A stretch of DNA of 64,000 nt from Candidatus Bathyarchaeota archaeon (GTDB lineage: Archaea > Thermoproteota > Bathyarchaeia > Bathyarchaeales > Bathycorpusculaceae). The translations under genes and the position numbers were made by a program. The stretch is from the NCBI GenBank assembly GCA_963827165.1, contig CAWGZR010000011.1, forward strand, positions 96,001-160,000, written 5' to 3'. The first letter of the stretch is position 1, and every line of letters begins with the position of its first letter. Positions 56,869-64,000 of this stretch are shown piece by piece. Below the pieces are notes generated by a model, which did not search any database, was not told the origin of the DNA, and saw only the letters and a program-made list of their open reading frames with translations.

Positions 56869-58037
56869 TACCGATCCATTATTGGGAATTTCTTAGTTAA
56901 AGATTGCTCTCCCATGATGTTACCGACGACCAGCTTAAGGCTTTGCCCCTCACTTGCAAGGTCAACAACTTCATCATCTTTGAGGGCTTCTTTGAGGAAA
57001 TATTCAAACTGCGCTTTCCTATCCGCGATAACCTCGAACCTTGCACATCGTTCCCGTTCTATCTGCTCGTAAGCATACATAAACTCATACAAGGATCTGT
57101 AAATCTGATCATCTATCTTTTCCGAAACTTTCTTTTCCTCAACGGTTATCCATTCCAAGCCCTCAAGATCCACAAAATAAATAGTGCCGTCCGGAGCGAG
57201 CACTGCGTCCTTGTCCAGCCACACATCATAGAAATCTAGTCCACTGAAAGTTCCGTTGCCATTGCTTTTTATTGACCTAGTAAACAGGGTTAGAAATGCG
57301 ATTCCGCTCTTAACAAAGTTCTTCAGGAACTCCAACGCTTTGTCATTGCTGTTTATTTCAAAAAGATCAAAAACCGAACGCGTGTTTCCGCCGATTGTGC
57401 TCCCGGAATGAAAATAAATCCTAATGTTAGACGGAACCAACCTTATCTCCTGAACCATCCTGCCGCCAAACCTGCGGTACCAAAACAATTTTTTTGCTTC
57501 ATCTTCGAGTTTTTTGGGAAGAAAGACTATTTTCACAACCGGCGCAATTCGGAATCCGTGAATGGAAGTGAGATCGGCCATTTCTGAAACTCTCATCGAA
57601 GTGACTGCATGCTCCAAGCCTTGTCCCCCATATGGCGAACCCCTTAGCCACAATTCTCCAGTCAGGTATCGTGGCGATTTTTCTTCAAAATTAATGATTG
57701 CGTCTTTGAGTTTGGAATCTTTAAGCAGACTGCATATTTCGGCTTTTCCTAGGAGCTGGTGGGAAAACGGGTTGGTCGTAGAACCTATTCCTTTAACTGA
57801 AAAGTAAAAGTCAGTGCCATCTAACTTCACGAAAGGCGAAGTGGCGACTGCTCCGCGGTTATCGTCAACAATAAACTCTTTTGAACCCGACGGGGTGCCG
57901 TCCAAGAAAGGTCTCATGCTCTCGGGAACGTAAATTTTTTCAAAATCTGGCATCTTGAACTCTTTAAAATGCTTGTTTGTCAAAAACTCAGAAACTTCGT
58001 AAGTGTCAAGAGTGAGAGGTAAACCTTTCAGCTTCAT
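56868..58037 (-). CDS. Divergent protein-kinase-like protein resembling SelO/YdiU AMPylases
   Basis: DNRG, SVKGIGS...PFS, PYGGQ, IRLVPSNIRI and WLDKDAV...YFVDLE. Confidence 0.6.
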   Translation of the reverse strand: MKLKGLPLTLDTYEVSEFLTNKHFKEFKMPDFEKIYVPESMRPFLDGTPSGSKEFIVDDNRGAVATSPFVKLDGTDFYFSVKGIGSTTNPFSHQLLGKAEICSLLKDSKLKDAIINFEEKSPRYLTGELWLRGSPYGGQGLEHAVTSMRVSEMADLTSIHGFRIAPVVKIVFLPKKLEDEAKKLFWYRRFGGRMVQEIRLVPSNIRIYFHSGSTIGGNTRSVFDLFEINSNDKALEFLKNFVKSGIAFLTLFTRSIKSNGNGTFSGLDFYDVWLDKDAVLAPDGTIYFVDLEGLEWITVEEKKVSEKIDDQIYRSLYEFMYAYEQIERERCARFEVIADRKAQFEYFLKEALKDDEVVDLASEGQSLKLVVGNIMGEQSLTKKFPIMDR

Positions 58038-58270
58038 GGGCAGTTCACATTTCGTTATGATGGTTTAACTCTTAAATCTAATGCAACTATAATCAGTTTA
58101 ACCTATTCTCTACAGGGCCTTGCGACATGCGGATTAGTATTTGAATTAATAAAACGGAATTTTGAAAACTCTATGGAGCACGGTGTAATAGTTTTGAGCT
58201 AAAACATGTTGAGATGTGACACTGCGACTTTTATTGTTGTTAATTGGGGGTAATGTATGCTTTTTGGCTT

Positions 58271-58360
58271 TGTGACGTTTAGTGACGTTTCATGACGCAA
58301 CCTGAAGACGATTCAAACCCTGATGCAAAAAACCAATCTAAAACAAAGAAAAAATTGTGC
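58271..58360 (+). repeat. Dispersed repeat copy B with three 10-bp units
   Basis: GTGACGTTTA GTGACGTTTC ATGACGCAACCTGAAGACGATTCAAACCCTGATGCAAAAAACCAATCTAAAACAAAGAAAAAATT. Confidence 0.85.
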
Positions 58361-58379
58361 GAAAAACCGGATTAATCCA

Positions 58380-58934
58380 CTATTTCACTGTCACTTTGTG
58401 TTTTTTCGGCGCGGGTACGATTGTCTTCTTTGGTACGCTGACTTTAAGTAATCCATCTTTAAATGTTGATTCTGCTTGTTCTGGGATTACTTCTTCAGGG
58501 AAGTCTAGCTGTTTGTGTATGTGTGAGTATAAGCGTTCTCTGACTACATAGTTCTTCTCTGTATCTTCTGTTTCAATGTCTGTTTCAGCCGAGATTTCAA
58601 TACTATCAGTTGTCAACGCTACGTCTATATTGTCTTTGGCTACTCCGGGCATCTCAGCATGTACCACAAACTTGTTTCCTTCATCAACCAGATCTACAGT
58701 TGCTTCTCGAACGGGAACACCAGGTTCAACGCTTATCCATTCAAATGGGAAAGCTATGCTTTCGATGAAGTTTTCGCGAAAATCTTCCATTAAATTGTCA
58801 AAGGTTGTAAGGACATGTATTGCTGGAACTTGCTTGTTGGGTATGCGTTTGGCGGGAACATGCTTTACAGGCTTTATAGTTTTTTCAGATTTTACTATCG
58901 CCTTAATCGACGCCTTTTTTTGTATTTCAGTCAT
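58380..58934 (-). CDS. hsp20: Small heat-shock protein Hsp20
   Basis: VDLVD...AEMPGV.K..I...ER.Y...P...A...DGLLKVSVPK. Confidence 0.9.
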   Translation of the reverse strand: MTEIQKKASIKAIVKSEKTIKPVKHVPAKRIPNKQVPAIHVLTTFDNLMEDFRENFIESIAFPFEWISVEPGVPVREATVDLVDEGNKFVVHAEMPGVAKDNIDVALTTDSIEISAETDIETEDTEKNYVVRERLYSHIHKQLDFPEEVIPEQAESTFKDGLLKVSVPKKTIVPAPKKHKVTVK

Positions 58935-59174
58935 TTCTTTTCACCTCAATTAATCTCATGTTATTAGAATTCTGATTTGCCAGCTCTCTTTTTGCAGCTC
59001 CTACTGCTTCTGTTTCTTTGGAGATTTTTTAGCATCATTTTCTTGACGGGCGGACCTCAGCCTTAGCCCTTGCGCGATATTCCCCTTTCAAGCGTTGTTG
59101 GCTAGCTGGCTTTCCCTTATGTTTTTTCTAAGGACTTCAAAATGGAGTTATTGGACTTAATGGGGGGCGTGCGT

Positions 59175-59318
59175 TTACTCTTTTTTGGTTATCCATGTTT
59201 CTATTGCTTCTTCGACTGCGCGGGATAGGTCGCCTTTTTTGCCCCCGAATCTTTCTACTGTTTTTATTCTGAGCTGCTTTTCGAGCTCATCTGGTATGTC
59301 CACGCTGATTCGACCCAT
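59175..59318 (-). CDS. Ribbon-helix-helix DNA-binding protein (47 aa), below the ORF-track cutoff
   Basis: MGRISVDIPDELEKQLRIKTVERFGGKKGDLSRAVEEAIETWITKKE*. Confidence 0.85.
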   Translation of the reverse strand: MGRISVDIPDELEKQLRIKTVERFGGKKGDLSRAVEEAIETWITKKE

Positions 59319-59607
59319 GCTTACTCACATATTTTTTTGATTTTTTTGTGCACGTTTGATACGTGTCAGGTGTTTTTCCATTGAGCGAACTGCTTGGCGC
59401 ATAATTTTGTTTTTGTTGATGCGGTCGTTTTTTATTCGCTCCAATTCGCTTATTAACATAAGGTATTATGTACTTAGTAGCTTATAAACATATGTGCTTA
59501 TATGCTTAATTCTGTTGAAGAAACTCGCATTCTCAACCTCCTGAACACCGGCAAACCAAGGTTTTGGCCCAGCGAAGGAATGGCTTTTATAATCATTGAG
59601 TTGATTT

Positions 59608-60894
59608 ATGGCAGAACATAAATTGCCATTAGAATACGTCTGCAGGAAATGCAACAAAACCTATTCAAACCTGGAGTATGAGGAGAGTAGGTTTTGCAAG
59701 GCTTGCGGTTCTTTTCTTTTGCGCAATTTTAGAGATGACCGTTATGCAGAGATGTTGGCTCAAAAAAGCTTTCGCAACCAAGCATCCACAACTGTCGCAA
59801 ATAGTTCTTTCAAAGAGAAAATCGCACTGACACGGGCAGCCGAAAGTTTAAGCGGAAGAATAGGACGTTCGAAAGAGTATGAGGTAATTTCTGAAACAGA
59901 AAAAAACATGGAGCGCCCTGCTGAATCTGTGGTTGAAAGCTGGATTTGGAGCAGCGAATACGATGAGGCACTTAAACTTGAACAAGAACTCATCAAACAA
60001 TATGAAGGCAAAAACCTTCAAAACTCAATAGCTGGAGAGGTTGTTTCAAACCAACAGGGAGAATGCTACCAGATCTCAGCTTCATGCATTTCCACTTTCA
60101 AAAAAGCAACTTACCAAGAAAGTAGACAACAAATCATCTCTGATTTGAAAGCTCTTCCTGGAATAGGACCCGCACGCGAACAAACTCTGAAACAGCAAGG
60201 CTACATGACAATAGAAGACCTTGAAAATCACCCCCTTTGGAAAAAACAAGCCCACGACTTCATGAAAGTAATAGATAAAAAAGAAATCCCCTTGATTCAA
60301 AATTGGCTTTGGCAACGCTTTCCAAAATCTCATCCTCTGCTTCATTATTTAGCTGGTTTCTGCCAAGATCAAGACTTCGCTATCGTGGACATTGAAACTT
60401 TGGGGCTCTCCGAGCGGCCTATAATTTTGCTCGGCGTAGCCACACCAACCAAGACTCATGTTTGTACGAGTCAGTTTTTGCTAAGAGATATTCAAGATGA
60501 ACCAGGTGCTATTTGGGCTCTTGTTTCGCGGCTTGAACCCAACTTGTCACTCATAACTTATAATGGCAGGAGCTTTGATATTCCATACATTAGGCAAAGA
60601 TTAGCTTATTATGGTTTAGATGCGCCGTTGGATAATCCACATTTTGATGTTTTGCACTTCACCAGGCGGGCTCTTCGTCATAAACTGTCAGATTGCAAAC
60701 TGGAAACCGTGGAGAAATACATCGGAATAAAAAGAGACATCAACATTCCAGGTGCTTTAGTTCCCCACTTTTACGAGACTTATTTGAGAACCAAAAATGC
60801 AGGACCGCTCGTCGCCATAGTTGAGCACAACCGGCAAGACCTGCTAACCCTTGGAACATTATTCTCCAAGCTTTATGAGGAATGGAACCTTTGA
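59608..60894 (+). CDS. YprB/MrfB-like DEDD exonuclease (RNase_H_2) with N-terminal zinc ribbon and HhH
   Basis: CRKC...CKACG; LPGIGPARE; DIETLGL, YNGRSFD and HNRQD. Confidence 0.85.
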   Translation: MAEHKLPLEYVCRKCNKTYSNLEYEESRFCKACGSFLLRNFRDDRYAEMLAQKSFRNQASTTVANSSFKEKIALTRAAESLSGRIGRSKEYEVISETEKNMERPAESVVESWIWSSEYDEALKLEQELIKQYEGKNLQNSIAGEVVSNQQGECYQISASCISTFKKATYQESRQQIISDLKALPGIGPAREQTLKQQGYMTIEDLENHPLWKKQAHDFMKVIDKKEIPLIQNWLWQRFPKSHPLLHYLAGFCQDQDFAIVDIETLGLSERPIILLGVATPTKTHVCTSQFLLRDIQDEPGAIWALVSRLEPNLSLITYNGRSFDIPYIRQRLAYYGLDAPLDNPHFDVLHFTRRALRHKLSDCKLETVEKYIGIKRDINIPGALVPHFYETYLRTKNAGPLVAIVEHNRQDLLTLGTLFSKLYEEWNL

Positions 60895-63167
60895 TTGACG
60901 ATTTTATTCAAAGCATAAAGCATATGCAAGGCTACAAAAAACAGATTGTGCACATACAAGAGATTCCTCCACAGGAAGCATGTTTTGGTGAGCTAGAGAA
61001 GTCTCTGCAGGCGAGCATCCAGGATTGCCTCTTGAACCGCGAAATTCATCTTTATTCGCATCAGGCAGAAGCCATAAATAAAGCAAGGGCGGGCAAGAAC
61101 GTGGCGATTGTTACTCCGACGGCTTCAGGAAAAACCTTAGCTTTTAACATTCCTGTTTTGGACGCTCTTGCCAAAGACGCCAAAGCAACGGCGCTTTACC
61201 TTTACCCGACTAAGGCGCTTACAAACGATCAGCTAAAGGTTCTAAGAGAGCTGGAGAAAGAAACGGGGATTCAAGCCTACCCTAACGTTTACGATGGTGA
61301 TACTCCTCAAAGTCAAAGGGCAAGGATACGCGAAAACAGTAAAATCATCTTAAGCAACCCTTATGGGCTTCACCAGTATCTTCCGTGGCATTATAAGTGG
61401 CGGAGCTTTCTTGGGAACCTTAAATTCGTGATAATTGATGAAGCGCACGTTTATCGAGGAGTCTTTGGCTCAAACGTAGCTATGCTTCTGAGGCGGCTAA
61501 TTAGAGTATGCAATTATTATCATGCTGACCCCCAAATCATCCTCTCGTCAGCCACCATCGCAAATCCAGGTGAGCACGCCAAGAGATTGACGGGTAAAGA
61601 CTTTGAAATAGTTTCGAACGACGGCGCGCCCCGAGGAAAAAAATCATTCGTGTTCTGGAACCCGCCGTTCATCGGCAGCACCCAAACCACTCGAAGATCT
61701 ACTCATCAAGAAACAAAAGACCTTCTAACCATAAACATCACAAAGAACCTGCAAACCCTATGTTTCACAACATCTCGCCAGATGGCTGAGCTTATAACAA
61801 GATGGACCAAAGAAGACCTGAAAAAGCGGTCGCCAAAACTGGTCAACTCCGTTACAGCTTACAGGGCGGGCTATCTGCCTCAAGAACGGCGCGAGATAGA
61901 GAACCGACTGAAAACAAAAAGTTTGATCGGGGTTGTTTCAACCAATGCGCTTGAGTTGGGTATCGATATTGGTTCTTTGGATTCAGTGATCATTTCTGGT
62001 TACCCGGGAACGGTCATATCGACTTGGCAGCAGGCGGGGAGAGCTGGCAGGACAAATGCAGATTCTCTTGTTACGTTGGTTGCTTTTCAAAACCCGCTTG
62101 ATCAATACTTCATGAAGCATCCCAAAGACTTCTTTGGACGGCCACATGAGCAAGCCATTATTGATTTGCATAATCGCTACATTTCTCTGGGGCACATTAT
62201 GTGTGCGGCAAGCGAGCTGCCACTGACAGAGGCAGACAAAAAATATTTCCCCGAACTATTCCAAGAGAGTATTCAAGCTCTTGAACAACAAAACCTGGTC
62301 CGCAAAACGCCCCGGGGATATGTCTATTCGGGAACTGCAAGACCTGTCGAGGTTGTGACGTTGGAGAGCATCTCAGACAAAACTGTCACCGTAACCTGCA
62401 ACGGAAACATACTTGAAACGCTCACGTTAAACAAGGCTTACGAAGAAGCTCATGAAGGTGCAGTCTTGCTTCATCAGGGCGAAACATACATCTCTGAAGA
62501 ATTGGATCTCAACAAATTAACGGCTAAAGTCACGCAAGAAAACGTCAACTACTACACGGAAGCGCTGAAAACCGTTGATGTCGCAATAAAGAAAATTCAT
62601 GAAGAAAAACAAATCGGCATCCAAGTTGGCTTGGGCGAATTAATTACAACTGAATTTTACCACACTTACCTAACCAAATCATATGATGCGGTTGTTGAGA
62701 GAAAACCGCTTAATCTTCCGCCGTTATCGTTTTCGACTGTCGGAATGTGGTTTATAATTCCGGAGGAAATAAAAAAAGAAATCGAAGATAACGGTCTCGA
62801 TTTTGACGGGGGAATACATGCGGCGGAGCATGCGATGATTGCGATGTCGCCTATGTTTGCGATGTGTGACAGATGGGATATTGGAGGGTTATCGACTCCA
62901 CTGCATCCAGACACTGGGAACCCGACGATTTTCATTTATGATGGCTTTGAAGGTGGGATTGGAATTTCAGAAAACCTCTACCAAAACATAAAACCGCTTT
63001 TCGAAAAAACTCTTGAGCTGATCGAGAATTGCGAGTGTAAGGACGGTTGCCCCTCATGCATTTACTCGCCTAAATGCGGAAATGAAAATAAACCATTGGA
63101 CAAGAAGGCGGCAAGCATAATTCTTCAGAGGATTTTAGTGAGGCTGGAAAGCAATCATTCCTCGTAA
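60882..63167 (+). CDS. YprA/MrfA/Hrq1-like DEAH helicase with DUF1998 zinc domain
   Basis: TPTASGKT, DEAH, SAT, TNALELGIDIG, QQAGRAGR and C.C.DGCPSCI.SPKC. Confidence 0.92.
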   Translation: MEPLIDDFIQSIKHMQGYKKQIVHIQEIPPQEACFGELEKSLQASIQDCLLNREIHLYSHQAEAINKARAGKNVAIVTPTASGKTLAFNIPVLDALAKDAKATALYLYPTKALTNDQLKVLRELEKETGIQAYPNVYDGDTPQSQRARIRENSKIILSNPYGLHQYLPWHYKWRSFLGNLKFVIIDEAHVYRGVFGSNVAMLLRRLIRVCNYYHADPQIILSSATIANPGEHAKRLTGKDFEIVSNDGAPRGKKSFVFWNPPFIGSTQTTRRSTHQETKDLLTINITKNLQTLCFTTSRQMAELITRWTKEDLKKRSPKLVNSVTAYRAGYLPQERREIENRLKTKSLIGVVSTNALELGIDIGSLDSVIISGYPGTVISTWQQAGRAGRTNADSLVTLVAFQNPLDQYFMKHPKDFFGRPHEQAIIDLHNRYISLGHIMCAASELPLTEADKKYFPELFQESIQALEQQNLVRKTPRGYVYSGTARPVEVVTLESISDKTVTVTCNGNILETLTLNKAYEEAHEGAVLLHQGETYISEELDLNKLTAKVTQENVNYYTEALKTVDVAIKKIHEEKQIGIQVGLGELITTEFYHTYLTKSYDAVVERKPLNLPPLSFSTVGMWFIIPEEIKKEIEDNGLDFDGGIHAAEHAMIAMSPMFAMCDRWDIGGLSTPLHPDTGNPTIFIYDGFEGGIGISENLYQNIKPLFEKTLELIENCECKDGCPSCIYSPKCGNENKPLDKKAASIILQRILVRLESNHSS

Positions 63168-63248
63168 ACGCAGACGCAGTTTCTCAACAAGTTCTTCCTC
63201 GCTTACGTCTGGAAGCTGTCTCTATTTTCGTCAGCGCAAATCCGACGA

Positions 63249-63902
63249 CTAATGGGGTACTTTTTGGTTCTTCTTGTGTGGTCTGTGAGCGGGCCAGCAT
63301 TTCTTGCAGTATATCGGTCGGTCTTGACGGGGCTGAAACGGCACTTCGCATTCAGATCCGCAGTCACTGCATACGGCAACATGAAGTGGAGTTGAATGGA
63401 ACTTTTGGAAAATATTATAATTCTTAAGGCGCGGCCATCCCGTCTTAGCAAAATGCATCATTTCAGGATTATCTTTTAGCCAACGCATCATATGAAAGAA
63501 GCTTTTACCTCTTTTTTCTTCCCGCTCTGCTAATGGTTCATAACCTAAATTGCGAATCTCATCCAAATACGCGATTTCGACTAGCCGCTGGGCCTCGCCG
63601 ACGACTCTCACTCGCTTAACTCGGTCTTCCCCGTAGACTTTGCGTAGTTCCTCTGCTGCCACATCGAAGATGCAGCCTTGGCATATGTGGACTTCTTCGT
63701 CCGGTTTTAGGTTGAATCCCTCTACAAGTTTGGAAACGATGCGCGAAGACTCTTGCAAGTATTCTTTTTCACGGAAAATCTCTTGATAGAATCGCACGTC
63801 TATCATGTCATACTTGAATTGATCTGTCTCTTCCCGGTAGGCGCCGACTACGACGCCATAAAGCAAGTCGCCGCTGCCCGCGTCATCAACGATAACTGTC
63901 AA
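63249..63902 (-). CDS. RNase H-like fold protein with C-terminal CxxC-x17-CxxC domain
   Basis: VIVDDAGSGDLLYGVVVG resembles the RNase HII N-terminus; CSDCGSECEVPFQPRQDRPIYCKKCW. Confidence 0.7.
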   Translation of the reverse strand: MTVIVDDAGSGDLLYGVVVGAYREETDQFKYDMIDVRFYQEIFREKEYLQESSRIVSKLVEGFNLKPDEEVHICQGCIFDVAAEELRKVYGEDRVKRVRVVGEAQRLVEIAYLDEIRNLGYEPLAEREEKRGKSFFHMMRWLKDNPEMMHFAKTGWPRLKNYNIFQKFHSTPLHVAVCSDCGSECEVPFQPRQDRPIYCKKCWPAHRPHKKNQKVPH

Positions 63903-64000
63903 ATTGCAGGTTTTCCCTTCTATTTGTCACACTCCAATGTTTAACGCGTGTATAAATATAATGCTCTAAAAGAAACAATCTGAAGGCGAAAACTCTTCAG

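Overview
Archaeal chromosomal window, most likely Bathyarchaeia. This is inferred from the EF-2 paralogue, paired PurP genes, radA, an archaeal tRNA and secreted proteins with PxPFPT-TM-basic tails. Energy genes are a Hox-type group 3d [NiFe] hydrogenase operon (hoxEFUYH), an hdrC-hdrB-mvhG-mvhA cluster lacking hdrA and mvhD, and an AOR with its Fe-S partner. Housekeeping genes are purE-purC-purP-purP, a diphthamide-less EF-2 paralogue coupled to an OGG1-type glycosylase, rqcH, radA, msrB, lsrF plus a Zn-dehydrogenase, nfeD, glycosyltransferases, hsp20 and an MrfAB-like exonuclease/helicase pair. Several single-base frameshifts suggest indel errors in the assembly. Three signals stand out. (1) An unannotated intergenic repeat family has about 6-7 copies on both strands, each a conserved 60-70 bp tail preceded by a variable number of exactly 10-bp-phased units. 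(2) A translationally coupled three-gene operon is headed by a divergent SelO/YdiU-like pseudokinase. (3) A 1.7-kb integrase-less island sits between a tRNA(CAT) and a 44-bp copy of its 3' half and carries one pilin/carbohydrate-binding-module gene. All calls are made by eye from motifs; no database searches were run.
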